The notes: generated by a model from the letters alone, not told the origin. Positions 1-13,253 are shown, counted from the first letter of the whole stretch. The stretch is 63,428 bases of DNA, filler included, from Octopus bimaculoides (GCF_001194135.2; 6 parts of 5 records of this genome joined end to end with filler, not necessarily neighbours in it), one strand, 5' to 3'. Made by a program: numbers and translations.

Positions 1-460
1 TGCTAGCAACCTCCTTTTTAAGTGTCACCCTCTTTCAAACATTGTACAATTGGAACGCCTATCAAACTCATAATACGGATTAAGTGAGTTTAAAAATGAA
101 GTTAAAAATAAAGATAGTTTATTATTCATTACAACTAAATGATTAAAGTTTTAATCATCTCAGACTCTGAAGATATAATACAAACAGAACTCCTTCCTTT
201 CTATGGGTTTCCATTTATTTGTGGACCACATTATACCACATGAGAAAAAAAAGGACACAACCCACTTCCTCCAAAAGCAACTAAGTACACAAATCGGTTG
301 TTGAATCAGTAATAGCTACTCAGTGCATTTGTCGAGCTAGTCAGACTCATCGACAGGTATGATGAAGGCTATGTTTTGCTGAAAAGGTCACAACAACACC
401 TAAACATATTCAGAGAACTGTTTCTTGTACTTGCCAAAATAACTGATTTTCGTTTAGATG

Positions 461-930
461 CAAAGGTCTACAATCTGTGGGGGAAGAAGTTAGTTGATTA
501 TATCGACTTCAGCATTTGACTGGTAGTTTATTTTATCCACCACAGAGAGATGGAAAGCGAATTTGATTTCAGCGGGATTTAAAATCAGATGTAAATAACC
601 GAAACGAATGCTGTCACTCGAATGATTCTGTCAATCCACTTACGAAATAATTGCTTCCAATTTAGGCACAAGGTCATTCATGTTGAAGGAGAGTAGTTGG
701 TCGATGCCATCAACTACAGTACTTGACTGATACTTTATGTTACTGACACCACCTCAAAAAAAAAAAAAGAAAAAAAAAGAAAAGAAAAAAAAAGAAAAGA
801 AAAAATTTAAAAAGAATATGCAAGGTAGGTAAAGCTGACCTCGATGAGATTTTACTTCCGACATAAACAGCCAAAACAAGTATCACAAGGTATTTGGTTC
901 GTCGCATTAACGATTCTGTCAATCCACTTA
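461..930 (-). mobile_element. Degraded tandem fragments of SINE family A
   Basis: Remnants of ACGATTCTGTCAATCCAC (head), TCGAC..CTGGTA.TTTATT and GGCACAAGG. Confidence 0.6.
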
Positions 931-960
931 ATAACGATATTTATTCTTCAAGAATATTGG

Positions 961-1172
961 CTTCAAATTTTGGCACAAGGCCAGAAATTTCGGGGGTGGG
1001 GCTAAGTCGATTACATCGACGCCAATGTTCAACTGGTACTTATTTTACCGAGTACGAAAAGATAACAGCAAAGTCAACTTCGATGGAATTTGAACGCAGA
1101 AAGTAAAGACGGGCGAAAAGCCACTGAGTACTTTTTGCCCGGCGTGCTAACGATTCTGCCAGCTCACCACCC
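961..1172 (-). mobile_element. tRNA-derived SINE family A, full length
   Basis: Head GGTGAGCTGGCAGAATCGTTAGC, B-box-like GTTCAAATTCC, centre AAAATAAGTACCAG, tail GGCCTTGTGCCAAAATTTGAA. Confidence 0.85.
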
Positions 1173-2494
1173 TACAAATCGTTTATTAATATTACTTTTT
1201 CTTTATTATATGATTACTTTTAGTTATATATATATTTTTTATGCCCTCTACATTAAATGTTGACACTAACTGAACCATTATTTATTTTCATACCAATGGC
1301 GTCTGTGGTTTAAGCATTGTGGTGTTGTGTTCTCTTCAAGTCGATTTTAATTATGCGATCCAGTTTCGGTCCTTAGTTGGAATTAATGGGTCTTAATTAC
1401 AGAAGTCGGAAACGTTCTAAAAAGATGAATCATGGGAAAGTTTTCTATGTGGTCCCTGAAGTCTCCCCCAAACCACTTGCTAGTGTCATTGAATAATGTT
1501 GTCATAGATATAGCTGACTGAATTGAAGCCTTTGAGCATAGGGTTCCTCCTCCTCTTCGTCGTCATCATCATCATCATCATCATCACCAGTAGCAACAGC
1601 AACAACTGCTGCAACAACATCAGCTCAACATACCCTAAGGAAATAACTGAGTGTTACAATTTCAAATAATCCAGTGAATCTGTCTGAAATTTATAAATTA
1701 AAAATCTCTGACTTTTGAATTTAAATTGTGGACCCTAAAATTTGTCCCATCCCTCCTTTTTCATTACAGCAGAAATATTTGTGGTAATTTTGCTTTAATA
1801 TTCTTTGGAAAAGGTATTAAACCGCATTTGATTTAATTCATTTGTCCTGTAGATATCAAAGCTTGTGTACTCAGTGTTGGAAAAAAAAAGTTTTGGGAAC
1901 CAGAGGTATTTATTTTAATGACCGTGAAGATGAGGATGAGGGGGGGGTGAAGCTGGGGTTGGGGTGGAGGTTGGGGGAATATGAGATGGGATTAGATGGG
2001 GCTATTATATCTGCTTCCCCAACCACGATCTGATACGTCAAAGAACACTGTCCATCTATCTGTATTCCTCTCCCATTATTACCACCACTGCTTGTAATGT
2101 AAACAGCAAACGAACAAAAACGATGGAGTTAATGTGGTTGCCTGATCTGTAGAAATAGCAGCCAGATAGATCTCGTTCAAAATCACACTATATAGCGGTT
2201 CAGTCGGAGTTTGACCTGTAAATAAATAACAGCAACAACAACAACAACAACGTCGACAAAGAGCAGAAACAAAGAAAAACATCAAGGACAACAACAACAA
2301 CAACAACAACAACGTAAGAAGATAAATAACAAAATAAAAGCACAAGGAAATCAATAAGCTGAAGAAACGGTGCCTCTAACCATTTCATATCATTGTTGCA
2401 CAGTAGTCAGTATTAAAGCTGCACCGATCAGCGGGCGACGTCACCTTCCTTTTATAATAGCTGCTGCTGTTGCTGCTGCTGCTACAACAACCAC

Positions 2495-2497
2495 CAG

Positions 2498-2540
<43 letters not shown>

Positions 2541-2541
2541 T

Positions 2542-2573
<32 letters not shown>

Positions 2574-2574
2574 T

Positions 2575-2648
<74 letters not shown>

Positions 2649-2667
2649 TCTTCTTCTACTACTACTA

Positions 2668-2702
<35 letters not shown>

Positions 2703-3055
2703 ACTACTACTACTACTACTACTACTACTNNNNNNNNNNNNNNNNNNNNNNNNNNNNNNNNNNNNNNNNNNNNNNNNNNNNNNNNNNNNNNNNNNNNNNN
2801 NNNNNNNNNNNNNNNNNNNNNNNNNNNNNNNNNNNNNNNNNNNNNNNNNNNNNNNNNNNNNNNNNNNNNNNNNNNNNNNNNNNNNNNNNNNNNNNNNNNN
2901 NNNNNNNNNNNNNNNNNNNNNNNNNNNNNNNNNNNNNNNNNNNNNNNNNNNNNNNNNNNNNNNNNNNNNNNNNNNNNNNNNNNNNNNNNNNNNNNNNNNN
3001 NNNNNNNNNNNNNNNNNNNNNNNNNNNNNNNNNNNNNNNNNNNNNNNNNNNNNNN

Positions 3056-3090
<35 letters not shown>

Positions 3091-3094
3091 TCTT

Positions 3095-3150
<56 letters not shown>

Positions 3151-3538
3151 GTTGCTGCTGTTACCTGGCCGTACTATTTACGCCAGACAGACAGACGAAT
3201 CAATAAAAAAACAAACGTCATCCGAGATAAATTAAAATGTAGGCTTTTGATTCAAAACCTACTGCAGCATCATTGTTGTCATCGTCATCGTGTCGTCGCC
3301 GATGTTATCATCATCATCATCACCACCACCACCACCATTCTCCTCATTGTCGCCGTTCTGGTCGTCGTCGTAGAAATGATTGTCGTCATCGTTGTGGTAG
3401 TAGTAGTCGTGGTGGTGGTGGTAGCGGTAGTCGTCGTCGTCGTCGTCGTCGCCTTCACCATTATCATAATCATCCTTAAAGTCACCATCGACACTATCAT
3501 CATCATCATCATCATCGTCATCATCATCATCATCGTCG

Positions 3539-3601
<63 letters not shown>

Positions 3602-3605
3602 CCTA
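2495..3605. repeat. Compound (TAC)n/(TTC)n/(CAT)n/(GTC)n microsatellites around a gap
   Basis: Direct inspection. Confidence 0.97.
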
Positions 3606-4190
3606 TCGTCATTATCCACATTATCACGATATTAACGACAACAGCACTAACACGAATAAAGATTTCTTTTGACTAAACTCGAGGCGAATTGCTTACTCTT
3701 TCCCTCTTTTATTCTTTTACATGTTTCAGTCATTGGACCACTGCCATGCTGGGGCACCACCTTCAAGTGTTTAGACAATGATATCGACCCTGTACTTATT
3801 TTAGTCTGAGACTTATTTCATCGATCTATATTTTATTTTAATCTATTTTTATTGGTTTTTGGCTGGAAGGAGAGGCTGTTGTTCTTGTGGCCTTCTAGGG
3901 CATTCGAAACTAGTAAGATTTGATGTCGTTAACGTTTCAGCTCGAGTTGTTATAAGTAGATAGCTTCAGGAAAAAAAAAAAAACATTCCGAGATTCTGGG
4001 AATGAAGGACCGGTCGTAGTGACTAGTGCAGGCCTGGGGTGGGAGTGAACACAACATGGGAGAAAGGAGGATGAGATATGAATGAGACATATGTGGGTAA
4101 GAGGCAGTGGTACAAGACACGGTGGCTCCGAGGTGTAGAAGTCGCTGGAGTAATAAAGAGAGAGACAGAGAGAGAGGGGGGGGGGAAGAG

Positions 4191-4257
<67 letters not shown>

Positions 4258-4644
4258 ACATAGGGGTTGCAATGTTGTCATTTCCCTCTATAGATTTAAA
4301 GGTGGAGTGTGTAGATGAATGACTTTAGGCTATTCAGGCTGATGGCTCTTCACTGGATGTGGTTATGTCTGCGTGTGTAGTAGCAACACGGCAACAACAT
4401 TCCTGGTGAGGAAACAGCATTTCATTGTAGTCTCACTTGAGTCTTATAGAGGGTTATCAGGTGTTAGTGTGTGTGTGTGTGTTAGTGTGTGTGTGTGTTA
4501 GTGTGTGTGTGTGTGTGTNNNNNNNNNNNNNNNNNNNNNNNNNNNNNNNNNNNNNNNNNNNNNNNNNNNNNNNNNNNNNNNNNNNNNNNNNNNNNNNNNN
4601 NNNNNNNNNNNNNNNNNNAAGAAGGTCAGCCTTTGTGGTATGGG

Positions 4645-4830
4645 AGAATTTACGAAAAAAAAAAACAACAGATGAAGACAGGTGGTGTAAACAACAAATG
4701 GATGTATCAGTATAACGCTCAGGAATAGAGAAAGTCTTTAACGTTTCGAGCCTACGCTCTTCAACTGAAAGGAACACAGAAAGAAACAAGGAGAGAAACA
4801 AGGAGACAAAAAAAATAAATGTAGTGGTCA
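4645..4830 (-). repeat. Dispersed repeat (family F), homologous to 60355-60490
   Basis: Shared blocks AATTTAC..AAAA..GA(T/C)GAAGACAGGTG..AACAACAA..GTAT..ACGCTC..AAAGTCTTT.ACGTTTCGAGCCT.CGCTCTTCAAC. Confidence 0.75.
4736..4771 (-). ncRNA. Hammerhead-like motif, same family as 60445-60480
   Basis: CTTT-CAGTTGAA-GAGC gtag GCTC-GAAA-CGTT-AAAG. Confidence 0.45.
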
Positions 4831-4844
4831 GCGATCTATCAATC

Positions 4845-5308
4845 TTTGTGGTACATTCTTTGCTATGTTGAGAATGTGTGTTCACCAGCAGAGATCATTA
4901 GTGATGGTGAGGCCTAACATTTGAAACGATTATGAGTATTTTAGCTCCGTGCTTTTCATAGTTAGAAGGATAAGGTGCGATAATGTTTTCTTGATATGTT
5001 CTTAGATAGTGTTCATTGGCTGTTGAAAAAGACAACATTGTCTTAACCCTTTTGGAGTAACTTTTCGAAGTCTCTGTTTTATAGAGTCAATGAAGATTTG
5101 GCGTGAAGTTGTTTTAGGTTGCATGTGAGTGGCCGATGTGTGCGAAAGTACAAGTAGGATTGAAGCATGGTACCATTTGAGTAGAAATGGACGTTGCTGG
5201 AGGTGACTACAAGTAGCTTGATGTATAAGAATAATTGTGTGATGCACAGTGGTCAGTTTGAGAGCTGTGTTCATTGGCGGGTAACGTCAGCTTCTTTTAT
5301 TTTAGACG

Positions 5309-5362
<54 letters not shown>

Positions 5363-6130
5363 ATTCTAGGAGGAAGAGAGAAAAGTGAGAAATTGGAGAG
5401 TTTGGTGACGTTGGAGTAGCTCTGACGCGTATTATTAGTGTGAAATGTGGGACCTTGAGGTACATTAGAGTTATGGGGTATATAGAGAGCTCCACCAGCA
5501 AGCATCGCAACAGCTGTTTCTGATGCTTTGGTAGCTAAACGTATGTGCCGTCAGATAGTTAACATAGATTAGGCGGAGCTTAGACCAAACAGCTGAGATA
5601 AAGTGTCAGAGGGTCCAGAAGAATCGGGACGTTGTAAAGTATATAGATATGAGTGTGAGTAGTCACGATAAGGTAGAGTTGGTACAGAGACGATGATGTT
5701 CAGACAGAAGCTGAGTTCGAAGGTGACAAAGAGATCAAGAATGTTTGAAGTGTCTACGTGTTGTACACGGATGTTTGTAGTGGATGAAACTAGTTGATGT
5801 AGCGAGCCGAGACTGGTGAAAGATTCAGTTTCTGCTCCGGTGTTATCAATGAGAGATGATAACGAGAAGCAAAGAAGATTTATGAGTGTTGAAGTCACAG
5901 AGAACAATTACTTTGGGGAGGTTTGATATGAAATCGATAGGCTTGATATAGGAAGCGATATGATTGAAGGGTTGATGGTTGTTTGAAGAGCGGTAGAGGA
6001 AATAAATGTATATCGAGAAATGAGATTTTAAGTCAGAGCAAGCGAAAGCCATTGTTGTGATTATTCAGGTGAGAAAGGTGAGAGTACAGACAACAGACAC
6101 CAAACATCAATTTTCGAAGTGAAACTTGGA
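4845..6130 (-). mobile_element. CR1/L2-like LINE relic (APE endonuclease plus RT C-terminal piece, internally deleted)
   Basis: YRSSNNH..KVIVLCDFNTH..LHQLVSSTTNI..SNILDLFVT (5570-6010) and MLGLTITNDLCW*THILNIAK (4850-4925). Confidence 0.65.
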
Positions 6131-6229
6131 CAGTTAAGACAGACAATTGATAACGGTTGAGAGATTTGTGTCTGGGAGAAGAATATCAAGTACAGTTTAT
6201 GCGTTAGTAAGAAGTGATGCATGAATTCT

Positions 6230-7010
6230 AGGCTGGATCGAAGTCCACAGATAATAGAATAGAGGAGAGAATACTGTCCAGTGGGTTTAGTTTACTTTCT
6301 CTTCTTTCTTCTCCTGGACTCCTTCCGTCGTTGTCTATCTCTGGCCAGCCATGGCCATGTAACCCCCAGGTAGCGGATGAGATCATCTTTGGTCGACCTC
6401 TTGATCTTGTCCATTGTCTTGGTGTGCATTCCGTCACCCTGATTGTCCATCTGTTGTCCTTCAGTCTCGCGATGTGGCCAGTTCAGCTATATTATTTTCT
6501 GCTCTACAAGGCCCGAAATTTTTGGGGATGGGGCCAGACTATTAGATCGACCCCAGTACGCAACTGATACATAATTTATCGACACCGAAAGGATGAAAAG
6601 CAAAATCGACCTCGACGGAATTTGAACTCAGAACGTAAATGCAGACGAAATACCGCTAAGCATTTCGCCCGGTGTGCTAACGTTTCTGCCAGCTCGCTGC
6701 CTTGTTTGTTCTCCTTGATGGTTCTTATGCTGTTGTTGACTCTCGTGTGCTGTCGTATCCAGGCGTTGGTTTTCTTGTCTCGCAATGTGATGCCAAGCAT
6801 GATTCGTTCCATTTTACGGTTTCGATTTCAGCATGACCCCACCCATCATAAAACAGCACACGTTTCTACCAAACACAACTATAGACACTATCAAATGTTC
6901 CAAGAACTGCTACAGGTGTTCAGTTACAAATTTCGATAAATTCATACAACAATTCGTTGTCTTTGTTCTAATATTCTTCGTATTTCTTTACTTGATTCCG
7001 GTCAGTCCAT
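6230..7010 (-). mobile_element. RTE-clade LINE C-terminal relic split by a SINE at 6501-6703
   Basis: RKMERIMLGITLRDKKTNAWIRQHT..IKENK [SINE] S*TGHIARLKDNRWTIRVTECTPRQWTRSRGRPK. Confidence 0.85.
6501..6703 (-). mobile_element. SINE family A inserted in an RTE LINE
   Basis: Full head-to-tail copy; the LINE reading frame resumes on both sides. Confidence 0.9.
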
Positions 7011-7600
7011 CTATGTGTTACAGTAACAACAAGAATAAAATGAATAGCAAAAGGGATGAATACTGCGTGATTTCAAACAGCATAGTGAAAACAACGATAG
7101 TAGAGAAGAAAGTGGGCAGGTAATGATAGCAACTGCTAACACTTGAAAAGTTGCTTATGCAATCCATAGATAAAGTCGGACCATTTTGAATACTATGTGC
7201 CTCCAAATGATATCACCAGATCTTAAGTTTCCCCATTTGGCTTTCCATTTTCTGTATTGCATTTTTGCATCAATTCTCTGTATCAGAGTATATAATGTAA
7301 TTCTAATTGTATAGAGAAATAGCTGGAATTTTACAACATTCATTTTCATACGTTACTTCTCCTTTTCTTTGGTCAAGAGAATTACTATACTAAGATGTGT
7401 ACATGTTTGATGAGTCGGGGAAAGTGTGATATGTCGGTTCGCCGATGTTTGCGTAAGGCACGTTGAGTTTATTCTCAGATACCTTCCCCCCACCTCTAGA
7501 CACATAAGACAGGTGTCTACGGAGTTTCCGTCTATCGAATTCGATACACAGGATGTTAATGAAACTGGGGTTTTAAGAAGTGCCATTTACTCATGGTACC

Positions 7601-7601
<1 letters not shown>

Positions 7602-7631
<30 letters not shown>

Positions 7632-8097
7632 CGTATGTATGTATGTATGTATGTATGTATGTATGTATGTATGTATGTATGCATGTTTGCATGTATATAT
7701 GCATGCATGTATGTATGCATGTATATATGTATGCATACATGTACATTTGTATGTACGTTTGCATGTATGCGTGTATATATGGATGTATGTATGCATCTAC
7801 AAATGTATGCATGTATGCATGCATGCATACATGTAGGCATGTATATATGTATGCATGTATGCATGTATGTGTGCATATGTGTATGTATACGTTTGCATAT
7901 ATGTATGCGTGTATGTATACATGTATGTATGCATATATGTATGCATATATATATGCATATATACATGTATGCATGTATGTATGCCTGTATGTATGCCTGT
8001 ATGCATACATGCATGCACGTATTTATGCCTGCATGTGTGTATACATGTATGTATGTATGTATGTATGTATGTATGTATGCATGTATGTATGTATACA
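7602..8097. repeat. ~500-bp cryptically simple (TATG/TGCA)n tract
   Basis: Nearly continuous purine-pyrimidine alternation. Confidence 0.95.
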
Positions 8098-8099
8098 CA

Positions 8100-8215
8100 C
8101 AATTCCGTATCCTTTCGGAGTCAATAGAATATAATGCCAGTTGAACACCGAGATCAATGTTAATGAACTAGCCCCGCCCACGAAATTCCTAGCCTTGTGC
8201 CAAAATTTGAAACCC
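8100..8215 (+). mobile_element. SINE family A, 3' half
   Basis: CCTTTCGGAGTCAATAG..GCCTTGTGCCAAAATTTGAAACC. Confidence 0.7.
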
Positions 8216-9204
8216 ATATATGATCCACAACCACCACCACCACCACATACGTACTAAGCTTACAAATAATAAGCCCTGGGGTCGATTTGTTCGACTAAAA
8301 AGGCGGTGCTCCAGCATGGCCGCAGTCAAATGACTAAAACAAATAAAAGTATATATATATAGTTTCCTTAAGAAAAACTGCGAAGGAAACTTGTTTCAGA
8401 AAAATGCTGGAAGCTAAAATAGAAAAAGTGAAAAACACATGAAAGCAAATATTTTCAAATGGGTGCCAGGAGGATATTTGTATATGAAACTGTCCTCTGA
8501 TTGGACGCTAAGGTAGCCTTTATTGTGCTATGTTTTGCAGACCTGTGTGTGTGACTCGTTTTTGCTTTGTTATGAAGAGATATAGGGATGTATAAACATT
8601 GGGAAAGAGAAGGCTGCAAGGCATTGAAGTAACATATCTTGTCATATCAATAACGGAACGTGGTGAAATGATTTGAAAAATATGATAAAATCAGCCGATA
8701 GTGTATTGATATGAACAAAGCTTGATGGCAGTTTTGCTTTGTTGTGAAACTCTAAGAATGGACGAAACTGGAGAGGACAAAGCGCTGTGAAGATGAATAT
8801 TTGCTCTCGATTAGTAATCTAATAGGAGGTAGTTTCTCTACAGCCTTGCTTGCTTCAGTTTTCATTCATTCCCAAGGCAAGCATATGAAAATATAATTAA
8901 GCCTCAACTCTACACTATATCGGACTAATTGTTAAAAGCTTCAAATTCGCATTCCTCTGTTAAATCTCATAGAAATTGCGAGATCAATTTAGGAAGTATA
9001 TTTACCTACTCAGAGACATCCTATCACCACATACAGCGTCACTTGCTTTATCCTAGATGACATACAGTCTTGAAGCTGTGTATGTTTCCGGTCCAATCTC
9101 CATTAACTAGTATAACTACTTGGAAACAAAAATCTTTTAGAAAGATCCCAACAGCTTAAACATCAACTCAGAGCTATTAGAATCTTATAGATAAATTCTT
9201 ATAA

Positions 9205-9365
9205 GCGCGGGAGTGGCTGTGTGGTAAATAGCTTGCATACCAACCACATGGTTCCGGGTTCAGTCCCACTGCGTGGCATCTTGGGCAAGTGTCTTCTACT
9301 ATAGCCTCGGGCCGACTAAAGCCTTGTGAGTGGATTTGGTAGACGGAAACTGAAAGAAGCCCGTC

Positions 9366-9433
<68 letters not shown>

Positions 9434-9658
9434 CTGTGTTTGTGCGTCTGTGTTTGTCCCCCCTAGCATTGCTTGACAACCCATGCTGGTGTGTTTATGT
9501 CCCCGTAACTTAGCGGTTCGGCAAAAGAGACCGATAGAATAAGTACTAGGCTTACAAAGAATAAGTCCCGGGGTCGATTTGCTCGACTAAAGGCGGTGCT
9601 CCAGCATGGCCGCAGTCAAATGACTGAAACTAGTAAAAGAGTAAAAGAGTAAAAGAGT
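9205..9658 (+). mobile_element. tRNA-derived SINE family B, full length, internal (TA)n(TG)n, (GAGTAAAA)n tail
   Basis: Head GGAGTGGCTGTGTGGTAA..GGGTTCAGTCCC; CORE-like CTTGGGCAAGTGTCTTCT; 3' GGCGGTGCTCCAGCATGGCCGCAGTCAAATGACTGAAAC. Confidence 0.9.
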
Positions 9659-10012
9659 ATACGCACCAATTTAACTTTTGCACCACTATAAATACGTTAA
9701 CATATAATATTCTTTTTCGCATTCAGCTCTTTTAACACAAATTCTAATCGTTTTTGCTTAATTTCGTCACTTCTATCATCTACATTGTCTTTCACCATTC
9801 ACCAAATATCGCCATTTATCACAGCTTTCTTTAATTCATCAATCATCCAGCCCAGTTCATTGAATTAATGTAACTTATGTCATTCTTACATTTCTTTATA
9901 ATAATAACCTTACCTGATTCGTACTTCTCTCAACAAACAGTTTACATTTGAACGGGTACTAGCCATCAGTTGCGCTTGTGTTTGTGTAAATGAGTGCATG
10001 CGTGCATGTGTT

Positions 10013-10065
<53 letters not shown>

Positions 10066-11104
10066 GTGTGTGTGCGTGTGTGCGCGCGTGCGAGTGAAGA
10101 TGAGAGACATGAAGCCATACATGTGCAAAAGCAGGATCATACATGATTATGAATATGCATGGACAGGGTTTGCATATGCAAGTCCACGTGAACACGTTTG
10201 CATGTGCATATCATGTGCATAGTGCACGGATACATACGTTCATTCGAGTCTTTCCTAAATGACTCTATGAGTCTGTCTGTTTGTATATCTATTTGTCTGT
10301 CTACCTGTTTGTCTATCTGTCTGTTTGTCTATCTGTCTGTCTGTCAGAAAGTATATGTATGTGTATTCACACATATCTGAGTTTCTCCTAAAATTGTTCG
10401 TTGTGTACTTGTATGAATGTGTGTGTACTTGTATGAATGTATGTATGCGTGTGCTTGTATGAGTGTGTATGTGCATGTGTAAGGCAAGCCTGTGCAGCAA
10501 TCAAACGTGCGTGCACATACAAGTGTGCACATGCATATATATTTGTATGAGTTGATCCATCTATGTATATGAAATGTGCCCATCTGTACACAACCGCATG
10601 TGTCTACGCAGGAACATTAATAAATGCATGGTTGAGTGAATGCATGCACATGCGAATATATACCTGAGAGAAGAATGAAAAATGAAGCCGCAAAAGTTAT
10701 TGAGAGCAATTATCTTCACAGCGCATTCATCTACTCCATTCTTTCCATTCCCGCCCTTCTACCACAACTTTCACACAACGATTAAGTATTGTCCATATTA
10801 ATGCACTACGGTGCTGGCTTTATCAAACTTCATCCATTAACATATCAATTTACCACCTTTCTATATTAATATAAGAGTTGCATAACTGCAGCGTCTTACG
10901 GCCTCTACTTCCCTGCATTTTCTACATTCTTATGTCCCTTCATAATAAGACAAGGGTGAATAAAATACTATGACCACCCAGCCATGCAGAATACTAAAAA
11001 AATAACAATCACTCTCAGTATCTAATCAAGATCCAGCATCTTATTCAAAGAATGAAATACCTTCCAAACACCCTTTTAAAAGTTTTGGCTAATTTATTAC
11101 TCTC

Positions 11105-11312
11105 TTTTACTCTCTTTTACTTGTTTCAGTCTTTTGACTGTGGCCATGCTGGAGCACCACCTTTAGTCGAGCAAATCGACCCCAGGACTTATTCTTTAGA
11201 AGCCTAGTACTTATTCTATCGGTCTCTTTTGCCGAACCGTTAATTTACGGGGACATAAACACACCAGCATCGGTTGTCAAGCGATGTTGGGGGGACAAAC
11301 ACAGACACACAA

Positions 11313-11343
<31 letters not shown>
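11105..11343 (-). mobile_element. SINE family B, 3' half (5' half in gap)
   Basis: Reverse complement of 9420-9658. Confidence 0.88.
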
Positions 11344-11975
11344 NNNNNNNNNNNNNNNNNNNNNNNNNNNNNNNNNNNNNNNNNNNNNNNNNNNNNNNNN
11401 NNNNNNNNNNNNNNNNNNNNNNNNNNNNNNNNNNNNNNNNNNNNNNNNNNNNNNNNNNNNNNNNNNNNNNNNNNNNNNNNNNNNNNNNNNNNNNNNNNNN
11501 NNNNNNNNNNNNNNNNNNNNNNNNNNNNNNNNNNNNNNNNNNNNNNNNNNNNNNNNNNNNNNNNNNNNNNNNNNNNNNNNNNNNNNNNNNNNNNNNNNNN
11601 NNNNNNNNNNNNNNNNNNNNNNNNNNNNNNNNNNNNNNNNNNNNNNNNNNNNNNNNNNNNNNNNNNNNNNNNNNNNNNNNNNNNNNNNNNNNNNNNNNNN
11701 NNNNNNNNNNNNNNNNNNNNNNNNNNNNNNNNNNNNNNNNNNNNNNNNNNNNNNNNNNNNNNNNNNNNNNNNNNNNNNNNNNNNNNNNNNNNNNNNNNNN
11801 NNNNNNNNNNNNNNNNNNNNNNNNNNNNNNNNNNNNNNNNNNNNNNNNNNNNNNNNNNNNNNNNNNNNNNNNNNNNNNNNNNNNNNNNNNNNNNNNNNNN
11901 NNNNNNNNNNNNNNNNNNNNNNNNNNNNNNNNNNNNNNNNNNNNNNNNNNNNNNNNNNNNNNAATTTATTCGAAT

Positions 11976-12037
11976 ATTGGGCTGAAGATCGGAATAGAGT
12001 ACCTTCATACTCTTAACCGTGAAACGTCGTACTCAAT
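11976..12037 (+). ncRNA. Minimal type-I hammerhead ribozyme motif
   Basis: ATTGGG-CTGAAGA-[stem II CGG..AGAGTA/TACTCT..CCG]-GAAA-CG-T-CG-TA-CTCAAT. Stem I is 6 bp, stem III is palindromic, predicted cleavage after GUA (12031). Confidence 0.7.
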
Positions 12038-13050
12038 TAACTAAAGGCAGGTTTGTTTTTGCTTTTCTCTTCTGTTTTTGTTCTGTGTGTGCCATAAATA
12101 TCGCCATCCGTTAGAGAAAAAAATTTGTAGTTTGGAATCAGTAGTTCTTTGACTGTTATTTCTAAATTTTCAGTATGTTGGAGTAGCAACACATGCTAAT
12201 CCCTGTATATTTATGATTATAAATGGTTTTACCGATAAAGGTTTTTTCATACTGAACTACTTGGCAAAATTGTTAATTATTAATTTTATTATTAATTGAC
12301 GATTCCCTGCCCTATATCTGTATATATATATATTTATATATATATATATATACATACACATATACTGGTTTCCTTTGCTCCAATATTTACTTCCATCTGA
12401 AGATCGGAAATTACAAAACGTGGAGAATCAGTTGACGAGACTTTTAGTTTCCAATAGAACAGACAGTCGTCACTCACTCACTCACTCACTCACTCATTCA
12501 CTCACTCGCTCACTCACTCACTCGCTCACTCACTCACTCGCTCACTCACTCACTCATACTATGGCTCTGTAAATGTATCATACTATCGCTAATAATTTTA
12601 GGTGCCTGTGTAGTCACAAGCTGATATAGACACCATCTCAGTTCCTCACCCTTGATCCTGTGGCACTTCAAGGATGTGACAGCTATAGAGAGAGAACAGC
12701 ACCAATACCCAACTGATATTCATTCACAGGTGGGTAGACTGGAGCAACATGAAATGATGTGCCTTGCGCAAGGACACAAAATTCTGTCCACTGCAGAAAC
12801 TGAATGCACCATCTTATAATCACGAGCCAAACACCCTAAAAAACCAGGTTGTGCAGCTAGATCTTTTATTTTTTAATTTCTAATTTTTACTTGCTTCAGT
12901 TACTGGAATATAGGTATGTTAGGGCACCACCTTGAAAGTTTAGTAGAACAAATCAATCTCAATACTTTTTTAAGTCTCGTATTTTAAGTCTCCGTTTCTT
13001 TTGTCGAACCGCACTAGACCGAAAATTCGAAGCAACTGACAACCTTGTAA

Positions 13051-13216
13051 TACATTATTTACATTATTTACATTTGACGGATATTTGTCCTCATCTTGTT
13101 TGTTGTTAACACAACGTTTCGGCTGATAAACCCTCCAGCCTTCACTTCAGCGGGTGTCTTGGGAAAATTTCGAACCTGGGTTCTCATTCCTAAGGTATTT
13201 TTCGATATTGTTGTTG

Positions 13217-13253
<37 letters not shown>

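Noticed and set aside
1355-1415. GGACCGAAAC on the minus strand, possible hammerhead 3' half
   Set aside because: No core, no stem I and no cleavage triplet in register.
2370-3672. Long ORFs of poly-T/L/H/D/M/I/Y (also near 7.6, 21.4, 29, 33-34, 39-41, 45 and 59 kb)
   Set aside because: Translations of microsatellites and N gaps.
3883-3920. GAAACTAGTA (GAAA, palindromic stem III, GUA) after GGCC..GGGC
   Set aside because: The CUGANGA core is absent; too degraded to support.
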